From assembly GCF_006345805.1 (NCBI RefSeq), contig NC_043000.1, positions 55,552,001 through 55,616,000 on the forward strand: a stretch of DNA of 64,000 nucleotides, read 5' to 3'. Of this stretch, positions 39,937 through 54,542 are shown piece after piece. Every line of letters begins with the position of its first letter. Positions within the stretch are counted from its first letter, which is position 1. Below the pieces are notes generated by a model. It did not search any database and was not told the origin of the DNA. It was given only the letters and a program-made list of their open reading frames with translations. Source of the DNA: Octopus sinensis. Lineage: Eukaryota. A program made the position numbers and the translations under genes.

Positions 39937-39991
<55 letters not shown>

Positions 39992-40105
39992 TCATATATA
40001 TATATATATGTATGTATGTATGTATATATATGTGTGTGTATATACGTATATATATATATATATATATAAACAAACATGCATACATTCTTACTAGATCTCA
40101 AATTA

Positions 40106-40630
40106 TGGCTTGATGCCAATCCTTGTTAAGTTAACAATTTCTCGCCAATGCCAAGAGGTAAAATATCATAAGGAATGTAAATTGCAGAAGTCTATCATTT
40201 TAGATAATATATGTAACCTCAGTTTACAAAAGAACGGTTCTGGACAGGAGCCACAATTCATATGACGGAAGGGACATATGAAAATGAATGGAGGGAAATT
40301 TGGTAAAGAGGGTTTTCATATTGGTAGTTTAGATATGCCGAAAGCCAAAGGGCAACGCAGGTAAATTCTTGTATTAATTTTATATACGTTGTGTATAATT
40401 AAAACGGTCTTGTTGAAATTGTCATTCACACGTCAGATCTGTGAACCGTATTTTAATGTGAGGTACACTTGAGTTTTATAGCTGATGTACTGACTGACCG
40501 TCTAAGAGGCGTTTCTTTTTAAAATTTAGATAGAGATTAGCCACTTCTACACTTTTCATGAGAGAGTGTACAACTTTGGTCAATGTCATTCATGCGTATG
40601 AATGGCATGGTGCAATACTGATTGCTTCAT
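40106..40630 (+). pseudogene. Possible C-type lectin domain pseudogene fragments
   Basis: WLDANPC (40106); ERFWTGATIHMTEGTYENEW..*..GFSYW* ending at CAG|GTAAAT (40360/61); ESVQLW...YEWHG (~40562-40612). Order fits the CTLD motifs W.DA..C, WIG..D..EG.F.W, .NW, E.C..W.D, but stops and frameshifts are present. Confidence 0.35.
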
Positions 40631-41645
40631 ATATGTTATGGTTATATTTATTGAAAGAAGCAAGATTGCCATACTTCAGAAGTGTTGTTTATTTCCGAGA
40701 TCTTCATGAGTTAAATAGTTTTTGATAAGATATATCTCACTTAGAAATGCATACCCTTTGTAAATGCATGATTTAAAATGTCGAGTTATCGCTGTATCTA
40801 CACTTGACAACGTCATGCCGAGATCAATGAAAATAATTAAAATAATTTTTGATGAGTGCTTCTCCTTTGCGATTATGCTCCTGGAAGCGAGGTTTATCTT
40901 TGCGTGCACCCACGTGAAAGAATTTCTGAAAATACACTGCAAATCCATGTCGAAATAATACAACTCTTTTTATAAACGAAGGTTGATTCTCATCTCTTCC
41001 TATATGTTTGACAAACTAATGCCAACAGTATAATATCATACAACATGAGAACTAATTATTTTCCCCCTTATTGAGAAAGAGAAGAGCAATAACAAAGACC
41101 TTTCGGGCTTTTTTTTTGTAATGACTTCCTTATGTAATAGAAAGCAAATAAATTTTTCTCACGCCGAAGATGTGGCATACATGTGGACTCCGCAAACAAC
41201 ACGCATGAATCATGTTGTAGCGTTAATCGAAAATTTTAGAATGCAAATAGCCATAACAAATGCCGAAAGGCAGGGCGTTCGATTCTCCAAGAATTCATCG
41301 CATAATTATTGTTTTGGGTCGATACATTATTTTATCGAATGCAAAAATGTTAAAGCTAAAGTTGACTTTGCAGAATTCGAGCTCATAGCGTAGAGAATTG
41401 AAACGAATATCGTAACCGACGCTCCAGCGTCTACTTAGTATTTTTTGCTACACTTATGCACTAACGTTCGAACAACTCTATCAACTAACTCGTTGCGAAA
41501 CTACTATGAAGAAAGCTGATTTATTTATACGAAGGCATTTGGAGGTATAAATCTTAATACATATTAAGATGATTACATCTTAATATGTAATCAGTGAGAA
41601 GGATTATGAAGACGCCGCACAGCGTTGGGTTTATGCATAGATATG

Positions 41646-42038
41646 TCTATATATATAAAAGTGAAGTTGTGTGAGTGTCTGTCTCCTACGATTTAGATTC
41701 CTAACTACTCCCACATTTTGCGGTGCAGTTTAACCAAAACCGGGTATCTTATAGACGGGATTCATATCAAGCCCTTCTGGGTATTAGCGCGCGTCTACGA
41801 TGGGTCTACGATTTTAAAAGTAATTTACCATCATTTTTTTCCATTTTCATGCATATTTTTTAAAGGGAAGTAACTCTCTAAAAATGTCAACGATGAGTCA
41901 ACGATTTAAAAAAAAATTTACCATCATATTTTTTCCATTTTTAATGCATTTCTTTGCTATTTTTTGGCTATAACTCTCTAAAAATGTTGTATAGTTATTT
42001 CCCTTACAAACCCGAGCAACGCCGGGCGATACTGCTAG
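41646..42038 (+). mobile_element. Non-autonomous Helitron, complete
   Basis: 5' TCTATATATATAAAA; 3' hairpin CCCGAGCAACGCCGGG followed by CTAG then T; an internal ~80-bp imperfect duplication. Confidence 0.88.
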
Positions 42039-42409
42039 TAGATAATACCAGGGAACGTAAAATTTGGTCAAAACCTTGATCATTCCACCCCGGAAAGCAA
42101 CTTGAATGCTTCTGTTCTGAGTACTCAGGAAATTAATTCGTGCTGCAAATATCGAACAAAATAAAATATTAAGGAAAATTCATTCATAATGTACAAATAA
42201 TGTCATAAAAATCAATACCGTAGATTCATTTTTGTATCTTTATGGTTCGCTTAGAAGTATATGGAACACGTATGAGATGTTGATTTTGGAAATATTTTTG
42301 AAATATATTCAAGAAACAGGCTGTTAAGTATATTCTTATTAGAATTGTACCTACATCCTTTAATTACATATCTCTACGCGTGTGTGTATAGATATATACA
42401 CACACACGT

Positions 42410-42495
42410 ATAGAATTTGAACGCAGAACAGAGCAGGCGAAATACTGCTAAGCATTTCATCCAGCATGCTAACAATTCTGCCAGTTTGCCGCCTT
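42410..42495 (-). mobile_element. SINE family A head fragment
   Basis: ctaagcatttc..ccagcatgctaacaattctgccagtttgccgcc is the reverse complement of the family A head. Confidence 0.7.
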
Positions 42496-42589
42496 AATAT
42501 GCGTGTGTATTGTTTTCATAATAGTAAATGATATTTTCGCATTATTTTTGCCTTGTTTATCCTTGACTCATAAAATTCAACATACTGGC

Positions 42590-42975
42590 TCTGGATAGTG
42601 TTATCATCAGTTACGAGCGAGTATGAGCTGTCTTCAGTGGAGGAGGAGCTTGTTAAGGCGGTAAATAGAATGGACGAGCATTTGGAAAGAGTAAAGAATT
42701 CTGGTGAGGCTGCAGAGGTGTAGAAAAAGGAGGTAGACCTAGCCGGACTGAAGGAGCTGAGTAATATGACGCAGAAGGTGGGCGGTGACGTAAAGTTGTT
42801 AACCCCGAAAAGGGTTATGGAAAATATGGAAATGAAAACCATTACCTACAAGGTGTACTCAGAGGAGAGTAGGAAGGTGGAATGGATGGAGATGGAAAAA
42901 GTAGAAAAAGCATTGAAGGGGCTTTCGAAGGAAGTGCCATATATAGCGAAAGGAAATGGATATGGGACGCAATAA
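42590..42975 (+). mobile_element. Possible LINE (L1/Tx1-like) ORF1 5' fragment
   Basis: Purine-rich open frame with one internal TAG: SEYELSSVEEELVKAVNRMDEHLERVK...LLTPKRVMENMEMKTITYKVYS...YIAKGNGYGT. The clade assignment rests on recall only. Confidence 0.4.
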
Positions 42976-45754
42976 GTAACGCATGGTTACGGAGTTGTCT
43001 TGAGATCGCAATTGAAGCTAAGAACGACTACTTTAAGTAAACTATTATCTCCCAGTGACAGTTTCGTTCATATCTTTTGATTTTATGGATTATATTATTT
43101 TTTTTTATTTTGGGATGGGATATTATGTTTATTATGTTTGTCTTTTTATGCAAACTGTCATATTTAGTCTGAACAACCTGTGTGTGTGTGTGTGTGTGTG
43201 CGTGCGCGCGTCTATGTGTATCTGTGTCTGTGTGTGAATGGTACGATGTATACATGAAAACATTACTACTTGAGTTCTACAGACTTTTATCCCTGTATTA
43301 TAGGTATATTTCTAAAAGAACTGTTATTCATTTTTACGTTGCTTATTTCTGAGATCTATGTGTCATTGTATGTTTTCTGCTCTTCAAGCACAGTCTGGAG
43401 TCTCTTAAGGTAACAAATAATTTAGTCATGAATTCTTGTATCACATGTGTCTGAATAGCGTAAAAGGTTTTATAATCCCAGGTAGTCAAGGCTTTCCAAT
43501 TACTACATTCCGTAATAATGCTGTTTTGAAATTCCTTTCCTGTTTTCAATTTTGTTGGAGCTTTGCTTTATTTTCTGGTGGGGGTAGATTTTTATTTATT
43601 TTCCTAAGTTTTTTTTTTAATATTAGTATCAGTTTTTTTTTCTGCAAATCATATTTTGTGATTCTTGTCTCTTGAAAGAAATTCTCTTTTCCTACAAACA
43701 AATTACACATACAATTTGTTTGTGTGGGTTATCAAAACTCTGAATCATATGTGGTTTCGTACGTAATTGTTCATTTAACTATAACCAGCTGGTGGTTTTT
43801 ATGTTTTGTTTTCATTCATTCTTATTCTCAACGTGACAATAGCGATGGTGCTCTCAGTTTTGATTGGCATATTGGTTTTATAAAGCAGAATCGCACGCTT
43901 CTATTATGATGATGATAAGGATAGTGAAGATAATGGCCTCGTTGATAAAAAGAACAAGAAAATAATAATATTTCTCATAATATATCACTCTATATCATCT
44001 CAAATAGTGTTGAATAAAATCATAAGAATGTAAGTTGCAATGTAGTCTAAACTATGACCATTCAGTCTTTTTTTCTTCATCCTGTTCTGCAGTACCCAAG
44101 ACATAGGGTACGATGTAAAGATGATTTTGCTGCAACATTTACCACTTCAAGTGACAGTGAGGGGCTTCTTCTTTCGCTAATATAAGAGATAAAGTTGGTA
44201 GATATGCTACATAGAGGGCGAGATTATTTACATTCGGCTTTCTATTCTGTAGGTTCGAACAAATTCAACTCTACTTGGTAAAACTGTATTTGTTTTTATT
44301 TTCTCGTGAGGCGGGCGATAAAACATGCATCATTTTCAAGAAATGCAAAATGCAATGCAGTTGCTTGATTTAGTTAGTTTACATTCTCAATTCAAAGCTT
44401 CCTTTGTTGATGAATTTCTTACCAAATAAAGATTGTGGATTTTCTCTATCAAATCTATTCAATACGAAGGTAACAATGGAAAATGTCATAATTATTTGAA
44501 ATCTAATTAATCAAATTCGGCTCTGCATGTTTGACTCTGTCACAGTAAATCTTGCAGGTTAATACAATGAATAATAATTTCGTGTCCCAACAACCTACAT
44601 TGAATATTATGAAATGTATTTGAGTCTTAATATGTTTTCATTTCCAATAATCTTTCCGTGAATGATTGAAAGCCTTAATAGATCTGAGAAAATTAATGAA
44701 CCTTTTTAACTGAAATTGAATGAAATCTTTTCCTCGTGGAATTGATTTCACAAAATTATTGCTTGGAACCTTCATTGAAGTTTCGTGAATGCAAACAAGT
44801 TTTCATTAAATAATTACTTTACCATCATTTCTGCATATGCAAGTTGATGTTTCAGGGATGATGGATACCTTGATTAAATGATCGAAAGATTGTAACATAT
44901 AAACTTATTGTCCCAGGCAAATTTAAGGATAACTACAATAAGGAAACTACAATGATAAAGTCGTTAAATGTTAAATATTTCTTGATTAATATCCCATTAT
45001 ATTTATGAAATAGTGATTCCATTGTCTCCCTTGTTAAGAATATGGCCATATTTATCGGACGATGATTCTTCATAAAGTAATAAGCAGTGATGCCTCATAG
45101 CACCTTATTCTAGGTGTGCCAACATGCTGTAGGAAATACTGTGAGTTAAGTTTATATTTATATATTCAGTACAGCGATAAGATCAAGCTGAAAATAAAAC
45201 ATTCACGTTAGACAAAGAGCACTGAACTGTTGATTTGTCTAAAATACTTCTCATATTAAATGTATTCTAATAATGTAACAAAATAATTTTTTGTTGCGAT
45301 CTGACATATGGCTAGTCCAGTTTTATAGTAACATTTGTTATCGGATTGTGGTACGAGAAAATTCGGAGACTGGGATAATTAAATATTTAGATCACTGCAT
45401 GAGAAGAAAATTTCAGTTTTGAAAATGAACGTTATTTGGTGGTATCTCGTATTCAACTGTTAAATTTTCATTTCCTTACAATGTAGAAATCACATACTTG
45501 CTAACAATAATTATTGGAAAATATACAGAATTATCTGTCATTAAATGCACTTAACACAACCGAGTTTTAAAATAAGATTTGCAGCTTCTTTCATACAGTT
45601 GCGAATCCAAGTATTCAGCCTACTTCGATATGTTCGTTTTTCTATGCCTACCTTTTCTACATGATTATATTTCATATAACCCAGTATTTACAAAACTATT
45701 AAATGTTGCTATACATTGCTGGTCATAATGTGCTTGACATTATTTTAGCGTTTG

Positions 45755-45972
45755 AAGGATGCTACTCAGCTGGCTAGGAGAGCAGGCCAACATTCCCTCT
45801 GATCGAAAGTCTATTCCACCGCAGTGTACACCATTTACAGTTGAGTGGCCTGGAACAACCTGAAACTAAGTGTTTTGTTCAAGGACACAATGCTCTGTCT
45901 GGTCCGAGAGTCAAACTCACTATCTAATAATCGTGAGTGTAACAACCTAGCCACTAGGGCACGCGCCTTCAC
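45755..45972 (-). mobile_element. tRNA-derived SINE (family C-related)
   Basis: Minus-strand head gtgaaggcgcgtgccctagtggctagg, B-box-like GAGTTTGACTC, core tgtccttgaacaaaacactt. Confidence 0.75.
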
Positions 45973-47217
45973 TCATATGATTTACAAAGCAACTAAACAC
46001 AACGAACAGACATAATCGTCGGCGTATCTAACTAAAAGCATAGTGGGGTTTCTTCCGGTTCTTTACGTTCAGCATTCAAATTTACTTTTCTTTCTTTGAA
46101 GACTATAACATAAAGCACCATTCCCTAAAACCGCTGGCCAGTACCAAGCTTTTAAACAATGACAAAACAATTTTGATGCGGATAAAACCATCATAAGTTA
46201 ATCATTATAAAGTAGTTTACAATTTTTACTATTCAAATGTCTGCTGACCATGCCTTCAAGTGTTCAGGAAAAGAAAGAGGGGTTAGAGAGCTGAAGTTTT
46301 ACGAAACTATTCCATTTACTTATATCTGAATTTCTGAACTTATATTGCACTTTGCATTCGGATTCCAATCTCTGGTTTTATATCCTGATTTTTGAAATCA
46401 ATTACACTCTCACTTATAATCAGTACAACGAGCAAGCTATACTTAATTAAAAGTTTCATTAGCAGAAGCTGAAATCTTTAAATCAAAGTCACTATGTATT
46501 CAACTTAAAATGTTATAACGTACAACGGCCGGCGTGCAAATATTGTTAGTTTGATATGGCAGGGTATGATTTGAGATAATTGGGATATTACTTGCTTATG
46601 GTTGGCGCATTGGCTTAAGAATATTTTTGTAATATAAGTATATGGAGTATCTATGGAAATAATAAAGCAGATGACAAAAATATCTCTCTGATGTTCGCTT
46701 CGCTTACCAAAGAGAAGATTATCGGATTCCTATTTGCATATTGCCAAACCAAGGTGACAATTATATCACCCAATTGGTGTTCACGCCTTTTAAGGCCACC
46801 GAGATTTGCTACATGAGGAATTCTTGAATTTTCGTGTCAATGAATATTTGCTTCCTGTGAAACTCAGAGGCGTTATTCATCAGTCATTTAATTCACTAAC
46901 TGATATGGAGTAGCACAGGTATAAAAGTAAGTTATATAAGTGTAAATGCTTCGTCTCAAATAGAGAGCTATAGCGTGTTAAAATGTTCAGTCTGGTCCTT
47001 CTAATATCATTTATGGAAGTGAAAATGGAAAGATGAAATGTGAAGCAAATCGTGATGTTTGAATTCATTGTATAGAAACGTAAAAGTAAAAAGTGGGAAT
47101 TATTAACCATGATAATTTATATTTAAAACAGACATGGCACTTTAATTACTGTTAGCGTAAAAATTCAGAAATATAGATATTTTAAACAACTGAGCTATGC
47201 ATATGTATTACATAGAA

Positions 47218-47277
<60 letters not shown>

Positions 47278-47975
47278 AATACAGTATACGATGTGTTAAC
47301 AACTGAACTATAGCTGAAGTATATGTAATATATATAAAGAAAATCTCAAAAGAGAAAGTTGTAGAAATTTAAGATACTGAAAAACTTCACTTTCTTGACC
47401 TGTGGCTGAGATAAATTCAAACGGTAAAGAATTTGACATAACAAATGAAGCCTTATAATTACACGATATCAGCGGGGAGTGTAAAGCAAGACATTCGCTT
47501 CTGGCTACTCGATACAGATATTTGGTTTTACCTCAATCTCACTACATACCCATTCTCTAAAATTGCGTTGTGTCTTTAGGCCTAATATAAAAGAAACCGC
47601 ATAATTGCTTGGCAGATGTATCTTAAGCCGTGGTGTTCAACGTAAAATAACTGCCCAACGATCTGCAATTTGCCATTTTTTTTTTTCAGTATTAGTAGAA
47701 ACAAATCTATTTTCACTCTGTGGTTAATAACAACGTGAAATATATTAATATATTGGAATTTATATGAATACTCTAGAATCTATATGAATGTACCGCAATT
47801 TTGCAATAATTTTACTATAATGTCAGCATTTACCAGTTGTAACTAAGAAGGTAAGTTTCTTCGTCGCTTTTAAAACACTTAACGCTTTGATTACATCCCT
47901 AACTACATCCATATAATCAATAATTATATTTTGCAAAATAGAAAGTCTAACATGATGGTGAAGTTAGAATTCAGT

Positions 47976-48459
<484 letters not shown>

Positions 48460-49948
48460 GTGTTTGAGCAGAATCTCTTGCAATTAAATCTACACGTAGT
48501 CTTGTTCATTTACAAGACTCAGCTCCTTCATCCCAACAAATAATTCAGGAATTCTAACTTTAAACCTCAAAGAAATGTTTTAAAATAACAAAGACCTCTA
48601 GCCTGTATTAGAGTCCTAATCACTAGATGGAAAACATTAACCAAATTCTAAATCTTTTTGAAGTATCGATCTATTCGTAGTCGGAAAGACCTCTACCACG
48701 TCGACTACATAAATTCTCAAAGGTGATTAATACCCACACAACTCAGCTGCTTGTTGACAAATAATCTATTATTACATATTGAAAGTGTAGTGACCCATTT
48801 AATGCTGGAAATGATAGAATCTTAAACATTTGTACTGATTCTAGCTATCTGTTGTTTTGTTGGTTTTATTAATTTGCAATTGGAGTTAACAAGATATCTT
48901 TTTGATCTTTAAATGTAATTTATGGTTCATGAAACACTAGAAATTGTATTTTATTGTCTATTTTTATCCTGATAGTTATGTATTTTACTTCTAAATCAAT
49001 AGCATAGAAGATGGTAGGTATTTTGTTAGTTTTCTTATATCGTTTATGGCACGTGTGAAAGACGTCTAACGTCTTAGCTTACTTTTCACTTTGCTGGTTT
49101 CTCAAGAAACACTGCTGTGTTTTCAAGTTTATAATCTTATACATTTTTGAAATATTTATATAAAATTCCTGAAAGTGATTTGATACTTTACCTCTTAAGC
49201 GGTAAATACTTGCAAACATTTACATTGCTACTGACTGAGAAATTTCCAACTACCAGCATATATAACGATGTATATACGCATTCGTTAAATTATCAATGCT
49301 AAATGGTCAGTACAAGTCAGTCATTATTAGTTGTTACTTGTGTTTCTACACATAATGCGCGGAATACAAAATACCTTAAGAGTCCTGAAACATGAATGGT
49401 TGAACATATTAGGACTTCTGCGTCTGACAATTGAAGCATTTCTTAATCTTATTCCCAACAAGTATTCAAAATTGGTGTAATGTGCACTTGTCCCTTTTAT
49501 GTGTTTCTAAATATTTTCTTTTCATACATAGACCCCAGCATGACCCGCGTTTTAAGAAGTTTACTTTGCAGTAATTTTGTTCCGGGTTCTATCATATTTG
49601 GTGATACGTTCGGCAAGTGTCTTCTGCTGTAGCTCCGAGCCGACTTATATCGAAGATAAATTTGGTAGATGGGAATTCTAGGGAAACCGGAGTTATAATC
49701 TACATACATGCATATATATACATGTGTGTGCGTGTGTTTGTGTAAGAAATTAAATGAATGATAAATTATGCCAGGAACTTCGTTAGCTTACAGTTGTTTC
49801 TACTATAAGAAGCAATATACTCATTGCTGAGTGTCTGTATATCACGATGAAGCTCTGCGATGAAGTGCTATTTCATTTTCGAAGTCAATTTTCGAAGACA
49901 CACACACAGACAGACAGAACGGATTTTATATTGCATATATATATATAT

Positions 49949-52900
49949 TGGTTGGCATCCTTTTTGTCTCGGGAGTCAATGGAGTTGCGCATAAATTAGT
50001 GCAGTCCGGCTTTTACATTTCATGTCCTGATACATTTCCTGCTGTGGCTGTGTAGTCCTATCCTGGATAAACACTCCCTCTGGCAGGTACCGCAAATGTA
50101 GCGAAAACTATTCCTGGCTGGTTGTAGTGTCATAGTTTCTTGTTGACGTCTTTTCTTGTCTTTCTATTTCTCCTCTCTCTCTCTGTCACTCCTTTGTATT
50201 CCCTCTTTTACGATACGTCGCCAATCTCCACGGTTGCTGGCAATTGCTTCCCAACTGCTAATATTGATGTTGCAGGCCTTCATGTCCCTTTTGCAAACAT
50301 CCTTGTAACGTAAGAACGGTCTACCCACAGACCTAGTACCCTTAGCAACCTCTCCGTAGAGTATGTCCTTGGGGATTCTGCCATCTTTCATACGGCTAAC
50401 ATGCCCAAGCCATCTCATACGTCTTTGTGTGAGGAGTGCAAACATGCTTGGTATTCCTGCTTACTTGAGGACATCTTTGTAGGGAATATGATTCTGCCAT
50501 TTGATGCGGAGGATTTTCCGGAGGCAGCGCAGGTGAAAGATGTTTAGGCGACGCTCTTGGCGTGTGTATAGCGTCCAAGTCTCACTTCCATACAGTAGAG
50601 TGCTAAGTACACATGCCTGGTAGATCTTCATTTTCGTGGTCTTGGTCAGCTTATTGTTGTCCCATGCCCGTTCGGAGAGTTGGGCCATCGCAGAAGCTGC
50701 CTTGCCAATGCGTATATTGAGCTCAGCGTCAAGGGATAGGCTGTAGGTGACGGTAGAGCCAAGATAGGTAAACTTCTCCACCTCCTGTAATCTGTGGTCT
50801 CCAATATGTATGTTTGGGATGTCCGATGTAGCCTGACCCATGATGTTGGTCTTCTTAAGGCTGATAGCTAAGCCAAAGTCGTTACATGCTTGCTCAAAAC
50901 AGTTAATGAGCCTTTGGAGGGCTTCTTCTGTGTGTGATACCAGAGCGGCATCATCAGCAAATAGCATCTCCTTGATCAGGACGTTTCTGATTTTGGTCTT
51001 GGCACGCAGGCGCGAGAGATTGAATAGTTTGCCGTCACTTCTACTGTACAGAAACACTCCATCATCTGATGTCTGAAAGGCATGTGAGAGCAAGAGCGAG
51101 AAGAAAATGCCAAATAATGTAGGAGCGAGGACACAACCTTGCTTTACCCCGTTTTTCATTTAGAAGGCGGCTGATGTTGAACCATTGTGCTGTATGGTGC
51201 CTTGCATATCATCATGAAAAAACTTGATGATCCTCAGCAGCTTTGGTGGACATCCGATTTTTTGGATCAGGATGAAGAGGCCTTTTCTACTTACCGAGTC
51301 AAAGGCCTTTGTTAGATCAATGAAGGCCATATATAGTGGCATTTTCTGCTCTCTGGACTTCTCCTGAAGTTGGCGTATGGAGAACATCATATCAATAGTT
51401 GATCTGCTTCTTCTAAAGCCACACTGCGATTCCGGATAGATTCGAGAAGCAAGTAGTTGTAGCCTGGCCAGGACACGCGAGCAAAGGTCTTTCCAACAGT
51501 GCTTAGAAGAGATATTCCACGGTAATTGTTACAATCATCACGGTCACCTTTATTTTTGTAAAGCGTAATGATGTTTGCATCCCGCATATTCTGAGGGACT
51601 GTACCTTCTTCCCAGCACTGACACAGAAGCTCATGAAGGTGCCGAAGCAGGATGGTGTTTTTGCCGGCTTTGATGATCTCTGAGGGGATGCCGTCTTTTC
51701 CCGGAGCCTTGTTACTTGCTAGGGAGTCAATAGCCTTGGTGAGCTCTGCTATAGATGGCGGAATGTCAAGTTCGCACATGACTGGCAAGATCTTGACACT
51801 CTCGATTGCAGCCTCAGCTACTGTAGTCTCCCGTGAGTAGAGATCCTGGTAGTGCTCCACCCATCTATCCATTTGCATGCTTTGATCCCTGATGAGATCT
51901 CCAATAGTTGATTTCAGAGGGGCCGACTTGGTTGCGTATGGACCTAGGGCCTTCTTCAAACCGGCATACATCCCACGGGTGTCGCTCCTGTCAGCAGCTG
52001 ACTGGATACTCTGACAGAATTCCTGCCAATACCTATTTGCACAGCGTCTGGCTGTCAGTTGGGTTTTATTTTTTGCCTTTCTGAGTTCTTCGAGTGACTT
52101 TGTAGAAGAATCACTCTTGCATTGCATCAGAGCTACACGCTTTGCTTCAATAACTGACTCCAGCTCTGAGAGCCCAGCATTGAACCAATCTGGGTTTTGC
52201 CTTTCTCTCATGCCGAAAGTATCTATTGATGTGGTATACAAAGCTTCCCCGATATAATTCCACCTACTTTCAGCAGAGGAGGTTGGGCAGATACTGAGGG
52301 CAACCTTGATAGAAGCAGCAAAACATTTTCGCAGTGTAGGGTCCGAGGTTCTGGCAGTGTTAATGCGTAGTCGGCCCACATTTTTGGAGCGATGGACATT
52401 TTTAGGCAGAATCCTCACCCTACTTCTAATAAGGGAGTGGTCCGTGTCACAATCCGCGCTGTGGTAACTGCGGGTTAGTAGAACAGAATTCAGAAAGGAT
52501 CTCCGTGTAATGATGAGATCCAGCTGATGCCAGTGGTGAGATCTTGGATGTCTCCAAGATGCTTTGTGGGATGGCTTGTTGGTAAAGAATGTGTTTGTGA
52601 TGCACAGTTTATGGTATGTGCAGAATTCGAGTAGTCTCTGACCATTGTCATTCATGTTGCCAATACCAAAGTGTCCAACACAAATGAGCCACGAATCATG
52701 ATCAGATCCCACGCGAGCGTTAAAGTCCCCTAGAAGGTAGATATTTTCAGTTGTTGGTATAGTTTTTATGACACAGTTGAGATCGTTGTAGGACTGGTCC
52801 TTGGTCTCCTCTGAGCTGTAGAGAGTGGGAGTATAGATGCTGAGTAGATGTACTGAGCCAGAAGAAGTCGAGAGGCGCAGTGAGAGGATACGCTCAGTGC

Positions 52901-53279
52901 CTCCTGATGGTGGTTCTATTGAGGAGAGTAATGAGTTTGTCACTGCAAAGCCAACGCCATGCTGGCGAGGTTCTTCTGGATCGCTTCCATGCCAAAAGAA
53001 GGTGAAATTATGTTCTTTGAGTTTGCCGTTTGAGGGAAGTCTTGTCTCCTGTAGCCCAGCAATGTCTATGTTAAGCCTCTTTAGTTCACGGTCAATGATG
53101 GCCGTTTTCCTTGTGTCTTCAACCCCGGGTAGATCATCAGATATTCCAGGGCACTTGGTCCTGACATTCCAGCTTGTCAACCGCAGGACTGGTGGTTTCT
53201 TGTTTTTTAGCTGTTTTCCTGGTGCAGAGTTTGCAGGCCGCTTTTCAAGTCATACTCTTAGCTCCAAGCACCCAATGAA

Positions 53280-53282
<3 letters not shown>
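49949..53282 (-). mobile_element. Near full-length RTE-clade LINE (APE endonuclease + RT), inactivated
   Basis: TSWNVRT, DIAGLQET, LLGDFNARVG, DTDH (APE); NYRGISLL, AFIDLTKAFDSV, GVKQGCVLAPTLF, LFADD, YLGS (RT). One frameshift near 51470 and in-frame TAA stops at 51160-62 and 50461-63. Flanked by (TA)n on both sides. Confidence 0.97.
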
Positions 53283-53341
<59 letters not shown>

Positions 53342-54324
53342 GTACACAAATAGGCACACACATGTGGAAACTCTGATCCCTATATTTACACTGTATGAAC
53401 TGATGTAATTTTAAGATTTCAATCTCAGTATTTAAATTCATTCCTTATATCTACTGACCTTCAAGTGTTTGGTCTTATGAAGGGGCTTTGTTCAGATGAA
53501 ATTTAATCCATAAATATGGCGCAAATAATAACTGGACAACTATATATATTCATTCGTGTTCCTGCACGTTCATCGATATTGTATCTCTTACTTACCATAA
53601 TTAAATTAGAATTGCTACAGTCTGATACATTAAAAGCAACAGATAGAAATCAAATATTTCCGCAGAAAACATGATAATATTACTGTTCATATTAAATGAA
53701 ATTTATTTAACATGGAGAACTTGCTTGAATTAGATCTCTTTTAAAATAAGATTCAATACAATATTTGACAACCGGAATGAAAACGAAATACTATCTCTGT
53801 TATTTTCAATCAATATTGCCATATCAAGAGCGACTATGTACAATTTTCTGATAATAGGATATCTACTACACTATCTAATATTAAATATGTATTAGGCAGA
53901 ATAAGCGGTTCGGTGGGCCCAGGAATAAATATAATGCTGTGTATTTAATGAGTCCCAAAACGCACTGAATCGCCGTTGCCCCAGTGAAATCTTTGTCTCC
54001 CTGCAGTGTGAAATACGCTTGCAAATACAGTAGCAACCGTACTTCCTCAGGCTATCCTCATGAAACACTTTAAACGTAACACAGCAAGCTAATGAAAGAC
54101 GTGTACATTTTTTGGTAATAGAGCTCCTATAATTTGCGACGGGATGTTATATCTAGTGTTAACTATACCTAGCAATGTTAGCAAACACAATACAAAGAAG
54201 AAAGGAATGACCAGTCTGTGAATTCATATACACCGTTGTTTTGCCTTTCGGTCAGGTACTTTTCCGTATTATTACTAATTTTTTAAATATATTATATCTA
54301 CAAGTACATCATGAAGTTTTTCTG

Positions 54325-54540
54325 AGGTGGTGAGCTGGTAGAATCGTTAGAAAGCCGGACAAAATGTATAGCCGCATTTGGTCTGTCTTTACCTTCTGAG
54401 TTCAAATTGCCTCGTGGTCGACTTTGTCTTTCATCTTGTCGGGGGGTCGATAAAATAAGTACCTGTTGAATACTGGGGTCAATGAAATAGACCAGTCTAT
54501 TTCCCCAAAATTTCAGGCCTTATACCTATAGTAAAAGCGA
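54325..54540 (+). mobile_element. SINE family A copy
   Basis: ggtggtgagctggtagaatcgttag...ttctgagttcaaatt...gtcgactttg...aaaatttcaggcctt. Confidence 0.85.
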
Positions 54541-54542
54541 TT

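Noticed and set aside
49785-49830. GAAACAACTGTAAG relic on the minus strand similar to the 39461 motif
   Set aside because: No CUGANGA core or credible stem II.
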